NCBI RefSeq assembly: GCF_006345805.1
Contig: NC_043012.1
Span: 21,700,001 to 21,764,000 of the forward strand
Length of the DNA stretch: 64,000 nt
Origin: Octopus sinensis
Taxonomy: Eukaryota
Reading direction: 5' to 3'
The stretch's first letter is position 1. Each line of letters begins with the position of its first letter. Both the position numbers and the translations under genes were made by a program. Positions 11,740-23,554 of the stretch are shown here, in pieces. The notes beneath the pieces are model-generated. The model saw only the letters and a list, made by a program, of their open reading frames with translations, was not told where the DNA came from and did no database searches.

Positions 11740-12400
11740 GAGTGAGAACGATGATTCGAACATCGTAACGTATGTACGCGAAAGCGAAGAATAAGACTGA
11801 CAAGTCAGGCCTCTCCTATTCTTCTGATTTTTGTCTCTTTTCAACATCTTCGGGACAGGGGGAATAAAAAGGGCGTCACGTGACAATCGCAGCGGAACGG
11901 AGTCACGTGCCCCCCCCCTGCCTGGCTTCTTCTTCTTCTTCTTCTCCTCCGTCTCTGTTCTGTTTTTCAATGTACACAGTGGCGGCACATGGGGGGCTAC
12001 ACAGCGGCACACACACAGATCCATACTGACGTCAGCGGAATGTGTATAAGTTGTAAAACGTAGCTTGCCCCTATATATATCAATTCCTGACGCGATCGAT
12101 AGGTTTTCTTTTGCAGTCAGTCTTCAAGTTTTGAGAAATCAAGTCATTTAGTTAATTTTTTCATAGAAAAATAATAAAAATATAAATAATAGTTTAAATA
12201 AAAAAATGAATTTCTAACTTTTACAAAGCACTTACGTAATTTATATACAGTTCAGTGACGATAAAACAAGTGAGCTTTATATATATATATCGTACATCGC
12301 GCCACTTCCTTAGTCTGCTTAACGCCATTTTTTTTGTCATCTCCCCCAATTCCTCCCTGTCTTTCTCTTTCTTCTGACGTGCGTGTTTTGATGTCATTTT
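11740..12400. promoter_or_regulatory. CpG-rich promoter/enhancer-like block
   Basis: Unique, CpG-retaining sequence with GTCACGTGAC (11875-11884), GTCACGTGCC (11902-11911), TGACGTCA (12027-12034), TATATATA (12072), TCAGT (12117) and TTACGTAA (12232-12239). Confidence 0.6.
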
Positions 12401-13242
12401 AAGGCAAACCTTTTCGAGACCTAGAACCTGTAATTTCTTTTATAAGTAAAAATTAAACTGTTTCACGTAGATTGAGAACGCGTAATTTAAAAAAAGAAAG
12501 AAAGAAATTATGCAATTTTATTGTTTCACTTTTGCTCTCATTTTTTTTTTTTTATTTAAAGCAAGTCATTTTGTCTAGGAATGTCAGAATTTTACCGCTC
12601 TCAAATATCCCTCCAAAAATTCTATTAAAATTTTCTACATTTTTTTTTCGAATATATGAGCTTTATTATTTATCCTACAACTGAATTTTTTTTTAATATT
12701 CTCTTTATTTCATTTGCCCTCTTACCTCATATCTTCCCTCCCTTCCGCCATCTTTTGTTTCTTCTTTTTCCTTAAACATTACATTACACATACATAAACA
12801 TTTTCTCCTTCCCTCCACCTTCCTCTCTCCTTATTACTTGTCATCGCCTCTTCCTCTACCCCTCTCTCACGTCCTACCTCTTTTGATTATCGTTATCTCC
12901 CCTTCGTTAACTTCACCATTTTCTTCTGTATTCGAACTCGACACTCCTACTCTTCGAGTACTCTTTACCTACCTGCCACAGCCTTCCTGTTTATTTTCTT
13001 TCCTTCCTTTCTTCTTTCTTTCTTTCTATTTTTTTTTCCTCTCCGTTTATCTATGATTCCGTAAATATCTCTCCCACTATCTTTCTCACTTAGAGTCACA
13101 CACACACTCTTCCCTCCTCCTCCCCACCTCCTTCACTAAACAAACTCCCTCCCGCTCGTCTAGCTCTTTTCTCTCTCTCTCCCCTTCTCCTTCGTGTCAA
13201 AGGTCAAGGCGGTCCGTGGAAAATTACTTGTAAACCCCGCAG

Positions 13243-13270
13243 GTCATTGGCACGTTACATGACGGTGAGT
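13243..13270 (+). other. Candidate exon end with ATG ACG followed by a consensus splice donor
   Basis: ...cgttacATGACG|GTGAGT (donor at 13265), downstream of a CT-rich tract. Confidence 0.35.
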
Positions 13271-13589
13271 GTTTTCTGAATATTATTTTGCTGATAAAAT
13301 TCGTAAGGGGGGTAAAAGTTCGGGTTGAGAGGGCTGAAACGAAAAAAAAAAAAGGGGGGAAAAAAGGGCTGAAAATTTCTAAATGTACTTGAGCTGGGTT
13401 GGTTTTTTTTCCTTAATGGTTTGTAAGGAAACAACAAAAAGTAACAACAACAAAAATGAACCCCCTAACCCAACCCGACCAGATTTTTTTCCCCCCTCCA
13501 AGAAAAAAAAAAGAAGCAAAAGCAAAAGCAAAAAAACAAAACCCATAGAACTGGAAAACAAAAAAAAAAGGCCACCACCACCATCATCA

Positions 13590-13811
13590 TCATCCGACAA
13601 GCAAATGGCAAAGCGCTCCGCTCCGTCTTTGCAAGTTCGTCGTCCTACTGTATACTGTGTTGTGTTGTGTGGTGTTTGTGTGTGTTTTCGGTTTGTTTTG
13701 TGGTGTTTGAAGGGGAATCGGGCGGCGACGGCTGCGACCGACCGCTTTTACAAAAGCTTTTAAACTTGACTTCTCTTTTAAACCATTGTTGAACACCAGC
13801 AAGGTCATGTG
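13590..13811 (-). other. Candidate minus-strand exon (CpG-rich)
   Basis: Acceptor tgtatgtttctttag| before 13811; two frames stay open for more than 50 codons; no recognisable homology. Confidence 0.25.
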
Positions 13812-14200
13812 CTAAAGAAACATACATACACACACACATATACACATATATATATATATTATACATACATATATATATATATATATATGCATGTATGTAT
13901 ATGTGTGTGTATATATGCAGATGAGGGCAAGACGCAGTGGTGAGAGAGAAGCAAGGAAAAAGCCACCACCACCACTATCAACCAACCAAACCGACTACCA
14001 CCACAAACGTTTCATTCACACCACATACTACAAAATAAATAATATAAACCAACCATTTAGCAAACAAGGCCCATTATTTATTTATCATCATTAAAAGTCA
14101 TTATTACGGCTTTTTTCTTTTAATATACTTTATTTTTGGTTCGTTGGTGGGGAGGTTTGGTTTCTCTCTCACTTATACTCAATTTACCTCATCTCTAACC

Positions 14201-14263
<63 letters not shown>

Positions 14264-15249
14264 ATATATTTAACAATTAAGGATAACTTCTTAATAAGGA
14301 ATCTTAACAAGAAATTATCAGGTAGATAAGCGTGAAAAAACCTCATAAGAGAAAAAAATTCGAAAATAATTTTTTTCCTTTGAACATATTAATTTATATA
14401 GTGTGAGGCATTTATCTGTAATAATGCCCTCTATATAATATATATTATATATATATATATATATATTCCGCAAAGTACATGTCATCTATATCTGTGTTTA
14501 CATACATACATACATATATATATTATAGATACAACGTACTTTAACGACGGAGGGAATACATATTATCCGTCTCCTTTAGAAATGCGGCCGCATGGCCTCG
14601 TCAAATTAACATCACACACACCACACACTATGTGTATATATATATATAAATAAAAAAAACAAATATATATATATATATATTATATATGCTTATGGTTCAT
14701 TCTTTCAAGATTCATTTCGTGTCATTATCTCTTCTAAATCTTCCATGTATCATATATACATAGACACATAAATCTCATCTTTCATCACTATTTTTTTGAC
14801 ATTGACAGACATTTTTTTTTCTTTCCGTTTCATAGTTTTATTATTTCATTTCTTGTTTCTCTCTCTCTCTCTCTATGCATATATATATATATTATATATA
14901 TATATATATATATAAAGTAATACTAAGTAATTAAGGGTTTAGCAACGATTTGCCTCACCACACACCGAGTTTAGAAATAGCAGTCAAAGAGTTATGGCTA
15001 TTTTATTTTATTATATATATATATATATATATAATATATATACATTTTTTGTGTAGTACAGGTATGGATGGTGATGCAAAACACAGGAAAAAATAGAACT
15101 CGGCTATGAGTTATATATGTACATTTCTTTCTTTTTTATTAATATTTAGTAACAGAGTGACTCAAGGTCCTGGAGTTTCGTGCGTTGGCACTTATCAGAC
15201 TAGTTTGATCAACCTGACCAAATCCAAGATTGGTCAGGCGTGCATATGT

Positions 15250-15316
<67 letters not shown>

Positions 15317-15806
15317 TTAATAAAGGTGAGAGAATTGGATACTAATTTAATAGTGGTTGAAACCTATTGGATCTATTTCTAGTGCAAGAGTGAGCCACAT
15401 AGTGACCACTCTCTTATATATATATATATATATATAATATATATATATATATAATGTGTATATATATATGTGTGTGTGTATGTATGTATGTATATAGTGT
15501 ACGAACTTTTATTGCCGCCTTTGTCTTATCAAACCACCCCAATACAACCCAGGGAAGCCTTTACGTGGTCGCTCGAGCTACTAAAAATAGCACCTAAATC
15601 TTGTGGAAAAGAAGGAAGGCCACATTGGATATATATATGAAGTCCATGGTACAGATACACAAAGCTCGGAAAGAAAATTTAATAACAAAATAAAACAGCA
15701 TGATCATGTTTGGAATGCTTTTGATTTGTTGTCTCCAGAATATATTTGGGGCTGTTCTTCCTTAACAGTATGTGTGTGTATGTATGTATATATATATATA
15801 TATATA

Positions 15807-15841
<35 letters not shown>

Positions 15842-15941
15842 TTATATATATATATATATATAATATATATATATATATACGGCGATCGAAAGATTGCCAT
15901 ATATACATACATATGTGTGTGTATGTAGAAAGAGAGATAGA

Positions 15942-16365
15942 GGCATTACTACACAACTGCTCACTAACCCCTGAATTTGTTTCCTCATAACTTTCTGAAA
16001 AATGGATATTTTTAAATGAAATTTTCAACAAATATGTCTCAGATTGTGTAAATTACAATTGCATCGGAATTTGTTGAGATTTTTTTTTTTTTTGGAAGCG
16101 AGCGTGGCTGAGAGGAGTTTCGAATATTCCACGTTTCGACTTTGTGTGTCCCCATATGTTTTAATGGAGATTACGATTATGCTGAACCCCACCCCCAATT
16201 TTTGATGTCTGTTCCTCATTTTTTTGTTAAATTTTCACATTAAATTCCTGTATAATCGTAATTTACACTATTGAAATGTATTCATAGTAAATTTCATTTA
16301 GAAACATTCATTTTTCAGAAAGTTATTAAGAAACAAAGTTGAGGGGCCCATTTCTGTAGTTATGC
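15942..16365. mobile_element. Foldback/TIR non-autonomous element
   Basis: Left ggcattactacac...tttgtttcctcataactttctgaaaaatg...aaatgaaattt is inverted relative to right aaatttcatttagaaacattcatttttcagaaagttattaagaaacaaa...tgtagttatgc. Confidence 0.6.
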
Positions 16366-17037
16366 TTTGTATGTATATTTGATTTGATAGCCCTTACTTT
16401 CCTGTAAAATAGTTTAACTCTCAAACATTTTAAACCCGTGAAATGATCGGAATTTGTGGCTTATACACGATTTAAACTCGGAGGAACTAACCATGGTGGG
16501 GATGCTTTAGTCATTTAGAAATAGCAGTTCATATATTGTGAAAATGATGCACTAGTATCTTCAAATAGAAGGAATGGTTCGGATAATGTAGTCCTAGATA
16601 CCAGAAAATAAAAACGAGATGGCCATGGCGGGAAGGTTATTATAAACATTTAATGACGAGCTAACGATAGATCTTCAACCCGGTATAAATAACAGATGAA
16701 AGTGCCCCCAAATCACACCCAGCTGTCTTTTAAAAGGAAGGCTATTGGACAGTTATACAAAAGGATAACACACGGTCACAACAGGAACGCTTTTGATCAA
16801 TTATTTGTTCAGCCCAGGCTTGGTCTAAAGTAAAGTAAAACGCAGAAAAGGGCGCATTTGCCGGACGAACCGACGGCACAGAACACCCAGAAGATATTTC
16901 TGATAGAATCTTCAAACTAGTTTATCTTTCGTGACGCTTTTCGACATTTACTGCTTCTCTACTTTATAAGGCTATATATATATATTATAAAATATATAAA
17001 TACATATATACATACACACATATATGTATGTAAAATG

Positions 17038-17078
<41 letters not shown>

Positions 17079-17099
17079 TATATATATATATATATTATA

Positions 17100-17131
<32 letters not shown>

Positions 17132-17177
17132 GTATATTATTATATATATGTGTGTGTATATATTTGTGTATTATATT

Positions 17178-17210
<33 letters not shown>

Positions 17211-17529
17211 AATGTATATATATGTATATATGTATATATGTATATATATGTATATGTATATATGTGTATATATATATATGTATATATATGTATGTGTATA
17301 TATATATATATGTATATGTATATATATGTATATATATGTATATGTATATATGTATATGTATATATATGTATATGTATATATATGTATATGTATATATATG
17401 TATATGTATATATATGTATATGTATATATATGTATATTTATATATATGTATATGTATATATATGTATATTTATATATATGCATATATATATATATGTATA
17501 TATGCATATATATATATATGCATATATAT

Positions 17530-17676
17530 GTCACTTAGCGGTTCGGCAAAAGAGGACCGATAGAATAAGTACTGGGCTTACAAAGAATAAGTCCCGGGGT
17601 CGATTTGCTCGACTAAAGGCGGTGCTCCAGCATGGCCACAGTCAAATGACTGAAACAAGTAAAAGAGTAAAAGAGT
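17530..17676 (+). mobile_element. SINE family A, 3' part
   Basis: gtcacttagcggttcggcaaaagaggaccgatag...gtaaaagag. Confidence 0.9.
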
Positions 17677-18078
17677 TATATATGTATAATACTACATATA
17701 AATATATGTATATATATATGTGTGTGTATATATTGTATGTATATGGTGTATATATATATATATATATATATATTGTATATATATGTATATGTATATATAT
17801 GTATATATATGTATATGTATATAATGTGTATATATATATGTATATATGTATGTGTTATATATATATATATGTATATGTATATATATGTATATATGTATAT
17901 GTATATATATGTATATGTTATATATGTATATGTATATAGATGTTATGTATATATATGTATATGTATATATATGTATATGTATATATAGTATTTTATATAT
18001 ATGTATATGTATATATTATAATATATATATGATATACATATATATGTATATATGCATATATATATATATGCAATATAT

Positions 18079-18225
18079 GTCACTTAGCGGTTCGGCAAAA
18101 GAGGACCGATAGAATAAGTACTGGGCTTACAAAGAATAAGTCCCGGGGTCGATTTGCTCGACTATAAAGCGGTGCTCCACAGCATGGCCACAGTCAAATG
18201 ACTGAAACAAGTAAAAGAGTAAAAG
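18079..18225 (+). mobile_element. SINE family A, 3' part (duplicate of 17530-17676)
   Basis: Same start point and same private variants (aagaggacc, catggccacag). Confidence 0.9.
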
Positions 18226-18226
18226 G

Positions 18227-18257
<31 letters not shown>

Positions 18258-18744
18258 GATATATTATATGTTTATATACATGTATATATATATATACGTA
18301 CATGTATATGTATATATATATATATACATGTACATATATCTGCATATATATGTATATATATATGTATATGTATGTATATGTAAATATTTACATATATATA
18401 AATACATATAAGTATATATATATAAATGTATGTATATATATACATGCATATATATGTGTATATACATGTATTTTTGTGTACATATATGTATATACATACC
18501 CATATATGTGTATATATATACATGTATATATATTTATTTGTATATGAATGTATATATATATATATTTGTATATACATGTGTATATGTATATATATGCGAG
18601 CGTGAGTCATCTAAGAAATCATGTCAGGTTAATAATATATATATATACACGCACACATGCCCACAGAGATTGGAGAGATTGGCACCATTGGAGTCTGTGG
18701 ACTGCACAGAAACAGTGTGTTGTGTCTTTATATCTTATCTTAAT

Positions 18745-19025
18745 GTGTTTCAATCATTGAACTGCGACCCCATAGGGGTACCACCTTGAAGTATTTAGTT
18801 GAACAAATCCACCCTAGTACTTATTTTTGTCTTCTGTTTTTTCCATCAGTTATTTTGCCAAACTGTTAAGTTACCAACACCGGCTGTCAACATATATGCG
18901 CTCAAGGCATTAGTTGGCCCTGGAATATCGTTGAAAACTCTTGCTCAAGGTACCGCTCAGTGGGACTGAACCTGAAACCACTTGGTTGCAAAGCGAACTT
19001 CCTAACCACATCTGTGGTCTGCCTA
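18745..19025 (-). mobile_element. SINE family A, old diverged copy
   Basis: caaggtaccgctcagtgggactgaacctgaaaccacttggttgc...cctaaccac is the reverse complement of the head/core. Confidence 0.6.
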
Positions 19026-19599
19026 TACATGTGTGTGTGTGCTTGTGTTCAGTTTTCATTTATTTGGCACCAATATATTTATCAATGTTAATCTTACACC
19101 CATCACCACAACAAACTTTAGTCGGCTGTCTTTATGGTGTCTTTCATATCTTCTTGAACTATCTAGATACACTTGGTTTTCCATGACGACTCGGCAAGGG
19201 ACCTCCTCACTGAATCTGCTACAGATAGTAGCTAAATCTTTCTCAAATCATACCCTACTGTCTTAAGAAGGAAAAAAAAAGGGGAGAGAGAATGAACATG
19301 TTGGATACTGCGATCTTAGCTTCCCCTATATTACAAAAAAGATAAAACATAAGGGTTTGTCATTAAGAACTAACCTGAGACTGAACAGATAGCAGTAACA
19401 TCTCTCCGATGTCAAGCAAACGAGGAAATGAAATCTCTTTCGATCCGCTAGCAACAGTGGCTAAATGTCTATCGAACCACACATTACTATCTTGAGAATG
19501 TAATGATACATTGCATAGTGTGAAAATAGTAATGGTTTCAAATCTTGGCACAAGGCCAGCAAGTTTGTGGGAGTAGGTAAGTTGGCTGCATCAACTGTT

Positions 19600-19970
19600 G
19601 GCGCAGGAGTGGCTGTGTGGTAAGTAGCTTGCTAACCAACCACATGGTTCCGGGTTCAGTCCCACTGCAGGGCATCTTGGGCAAGTGTCTTCTGCTATAA
19701 CCCCGGGCCGACCAATGCCTTGTGAGTGGATTTGGTAGACGGAAACTGAAAGAAGCCTGTCGTATATATGTGTTTGTGTTTGTCCCCCTAGCATTGCTTG
19801 ACAACCGATGCTGGTGTGTTTACGTCCCCGTCACTTAGCGGTTCGGCAAAAGAGACCAATAGAATAAGTACTGGGCTTACAAAGAATAAGTCCCGGGGTC
19901 GATTTGCTTGACTAAAGGCGGTGCTCCAGCATGGCCGTAGTCAAATGACTGAAACAAGTAAAAGAGAGTA
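19600..19970 (+). mobile_element. SINE family A, full length
   Basis: ggcgcaggagtggctgtgtggtaag...gaaacaagtaaaagagag; near-identical to 10133 and 56161. Confidence 0.92.
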
Positions 19971-19971
19971 A

Positions 19972-20095
19972 CTGGTATTTATTTTGTCGACCTCAGCAGA
20001 ATTTGAACTCAGAATGTAAAGAACCAAAAGAAATGGTGCTAAGTTTTTTTTTTGTCCGACGTGCTTAACAATTTTCTGCCAATTTGTCACCTTAT
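19972..20095 (-). mobile_element. SINE family B, diverged and internally deleted
   Basis: actggtatttattttgtcgacctcagcagaatttgaactcagaatgtaa...ctgccaatttgtcacctta. Confidence 0.6.
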
Positions 20096-20719
20096 AATAA
20101 TTAAAAGACTGAATAGTCCCGAGTGGAACAACTTCGTAGATTTGCTTGATTTAGGCTGGCCTGCAGCCTAAGCAATAATTCTTCAGTAAAGTGCTGTTCT
20201 TATATACTTTCTCGCCTAGATTTATTTTCCTTTTAATGCATCGAGTCTTACTGATATACACATTCCCCTCCATCTCATCCGAATTCATCAAGCTATTTCA
20301 ACTTTGACATATTTTCTTCCTTTCTCATAAATACCGCCAACAAACTTCGCTTAACACATTCCGAGTTTCTTTCCTTGCATTCTTCCCTGACCAAATTATT
20401 CACGCTGACGATGTCGTAGTGTGTGTAAAAGGAAAATGTTTTTCTTTTTCTTAACTCATTCGGTCTGGAAGGAGTTGTACCAATAATTTTTACAGACCTT
20501 CTAATGCTGATGGCATTCACATTCCATTTGATTTGTTGCAAGTTGATGGCTACAGGAAAATGTGCTGGAGAGTAGAGTTCCAGAGGGCCATTGTTTTTCT
20601 TAAAAAAAGGACAATGCAGTGTGGTTTGTGTTGGGCCTGATAGTTGAAGTAGAAACAATACCTCTGGACATTACTATCTAAATTTCTATGGCTTATAATA
20701 AGGTCAGTTGGTTACTAGT

Positions 20720-20918
20720 TTCCATAGTGTAAACTGACCAAGATAACATTACATTGGAATAAGTTGCCAGTCTGTTGCAGGGTTACTCATTTACAACTGA
20801 ATGGACAGGAGCAATGTAAAATGAAGTGTTTTGATGAAGCATACTATGCACCACCCTCTCAAGGAATTGAAACCATGGTCTTGCGATTGTGAGTACAACA
20901 CTCTGACCACTACACCAC
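20720..20918 (-). mobile_element. SINE family D (tRNA-like head), diverged
   Basis: Minus strand gtagtggtcagagtgttgtactcacaatcgcaagaccatggtttcaattcc...cacttcattttacattgctcc; similar to 56557-56790. Confidence 0.55.
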
Positions 20919-21449
20919 TTACTTTCACTGGACACAATATGGATAACAAGAGAAATAAAGATGAGTTATGAGTACTTGCGTGTTGATGACATAAGACCAG
21001 TCGCACTTGAGGAGCTGAGGCATCTGTAGTAGCAGTGAAGAAAAGCAATGAAGTAGCATGTCTGTGGGTCAGAGGTTGGAAGTCCTAGATGCCAAGTGCA
21101 AAAGTATCTCCTTCCACTTGCTTGAAATCAACCATGCCAAGTGCTCTGACTGTAGCCCTTTCATTATTCTCAAACAATGCAGCTAGTGCTAGCCTTTTCC
21201 CCATCAAAATTTTCAGTACCCCTCTCTAGGGACATATTCTGATTTAGAAATTTTGGGCTGAGGAGGGACAAGCCTAAGAGGATGATTTCAGTCACCTACG
21301 AAGCCATTTTTGATGGGTCACTTTAAAAGGATGCACTACCTGGAAAAGTTAGCATAAAATTGGTAGATATCTGACCATTCAGTTGAGGAGGTGGATGTTG
21401 CATAGTATGTAGATGTATGGTGGTTACACTAGGTGCAGAGATGATTAAT

Positions 21450-22260
21450 TTGGTTGAGGCAGGGTTTGGAGGTGCAAAAGTAATCAGTGGTGTTTGGAAT
21501 GTCTGTTGTTATTCCAAGGACCACTGTCAGGGGTGTGTTGAAGACAAAACTAGTTGATGTTGGGAGCTGAGGTTTGTAAATGATTTGGACTGTGCTCCAG
21601 CAACATCAATTTAGTAATGAGCATGTGATCATCAATGCCACCAAGAAACTCGGAGATGGATGGATGTTGTGTGTTAAATGTCCTTGATGCAGTTAGAGAT
21701 ATGGTTGAAGAGCTGTTGGTGTTTGGCAGGGTCAGTAAGATGAATTTGGCAAGGTGGAAGAAGTTTGTTTTTGGAGTCCCTGATTGAAGTGGGAATCTTA
21801 ATTCGTAGGGAGTGACTAATTTTTCTTTAAAAGTAGTCATGCTTTTTCTAATCCCGAGTACACTGGGTAAACCCCACTTTATAAGTGGGGTTCACCCAAT
21901 GGTTGGAGAACTTTGAAATGCAATGGCAAAAGTACATGCTTTTAAAAAGTGAGGGAGAGTTTTGCACCAAGTTGGAAATCTTTCTCCCTGATATCCAAGG
22001 TGAGGTGATTGCAGTGCAGAGTGGAATCCACACTTTAGAGGGTACCGCTTTTCAGAATGAAGTTTGAGTAAAAAATGTTAACTCCAACAGATGGAATGGG
22101 CTATGTGATAGAGGTGCTGAGAAGTTTTTGTTTTGGAGAGATCTACACATATCTTCCAGATACGATGTGTTACCAAGTGGTAATGTCAGGATTTTAGGGT
22201 GGACCAGTTTTTGATACTTAGGTGAGTATATGGATGTCAGTGCGCCATAAGGTCACAATA
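21450..22260 (-). mobile_element. Decayed Ty3/Gypsy-like RT-RNaseH relic
   Basis: Minus-strand motifs in the expected order across frameshifts: SYLEDM (YxDD-like), QHLYHI...LKLHSEK...HLGY, FKEKLVTPYELRFP (RT-RH connection), SLTASRTFN (IAFASRTL-like). Confidence 0.45.
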
Positions 22261-22449
22261 ACTCAGTGATGGGTGTCTAGTCTGAATAAATGCAACAGTA
22301 CAAACTCTACTAAACATCCATAGGCCGGTTGATATTAAATCTACTATTCAAATATTGTCATAACGACACAACTGTTAGCTAGTTCACTGTTTTGTTTGTC
22401 ACTCAGTGTTCACTTTACTGGTGTGTGTGTGTGTTTATATATATATATA

Positions 22450-22658
22450 TACTCTTTTACTTGTTTCAGTCATTTGACTGCAGCCATGCTGGAGCACCGC
22501 CTTTTTAATCGAGCAACTCGACCCCGGGACTTATTCTTTTGTAAGCCCAGTACTTATTCTATCGGTTTTTTTTTGCCGAACCGCTAAGTAACGGGGACAT
22601 AAACACACCAGCATCGGTTGTCAAGCAATGCTAGGGGGACAAACACAGACACACACAC

Positions 22659-22697
<39 letters not shown>

Positions 22698-22748
22698 GAC
22701 GGGCTTCTTTCAGTTTCCGTCTACCAAATCCACTCAAAGGGCTTTGGT
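22450..22748 (-). mobile_element. SINE family A, 5'-truncated
   Basis: Reverse complement of tail and body through gtagacggaaactgaaagaag. Confidence 0.9.
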
Positions 22749-22941
22749 ATATATATATATATAATATATTTGGTTAAGGAGAGACGGAAGATATCTAATA
22801 TGTGTGTGAGTATATATATAAAGTTGTAGATAATGGTCATTACATATTTTACCTTTATTAGAACAAATTTGGCTTACAGCTGTTCCCTGTAGTCATTACA
22901 GGTACGGTGATAATAGGATTACTAATCCAACCTATTGATAT

Positions 22942-22990
<49 letters not shown>

Positions 22991-23264
22991 CGTCTGGTTT
23001 GACTGGAACTGTCTAAGTTGGAGCGTTGTACCAAGTTCCAGTCTGATTTGTCATGGTATATATCCGTATTTATGTAGATATGTATCTCTCTATCTATACA
23101 AACACACACGTGTGTGTGCTCAGGAGCGTAACGGTATCTTTTATGTTCCATGTAAACTATGTCAGCAAGCCCATCCATGTTCTAAAAAAAAATATACTGC
23201 TTGACTGTGTCAAGGCAGTAAGTTTCCTTTTCTATTTTATTTACGACACGGTTGCATGTTACCA

Positions 23265-23552
23265 GATGCACACACACATATATATACATATATATATACA
23301 TACATATATATACACACATATATACATACATATATATATATATACACATATATATATACACACATATATATATATACACACATATATATATATACACACA
23401 TATATATACACATATATATATACATATATATACACACATATATATATACACATATATATACATACATATATATATACATATATATATACAATATATATAC
23501 ATACATATATATATACATATTATATACATATATATATACATATATATATACA
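23265..23552. repeat. (TA)n/(CA)n/(TACA)n compound microsatellite
   Basis: Directly visible. Confidence 0.95.
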
Positions 23553-23554
23553 CA

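Larger units (their letters stand above)
16970..18610. repeat. Compound (TA)n/(TATG)n/(TATATG)n microsatellite array with embedded SINE A tails
   Basis: Directly visible. SINE tails lie at 17530-17676 and 18079-18225. Confidence 0.95.

Noticed and set aside
13383-13763. 126-aa Lys/Pro/Ser-rich ORF
   Set aside because: Its composition comes from poly-A, (CCA)n and (CAT)n runs; no domain signature.
15191-15210. cttatcagact resembling vertebrate miR-21
   Set aside because: Only an 11-nt match, no precursor-length hairpin, and the family is not expected in molluscs.
16959-18789. Long Tyr/Ile/Met/Cys/His/Thr-rich ORFs (up to 290 aa); also at 15.6-16.0, 23.0-23.7, 24.3-25.0 and 53.0-53.9 kb
   Set aside because: They are translations of (TA)n/(TATG)n/(CA)n microsatellites, which lack stop codons in most frames.
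19600-19670. tRNA genes at SINE heads (also 5868, 8050, 10133, 31669, 56161)
   Set aside because: A/B-box-like motifs are present but there is no complete cloverleaf, and each continues into a SINE body.
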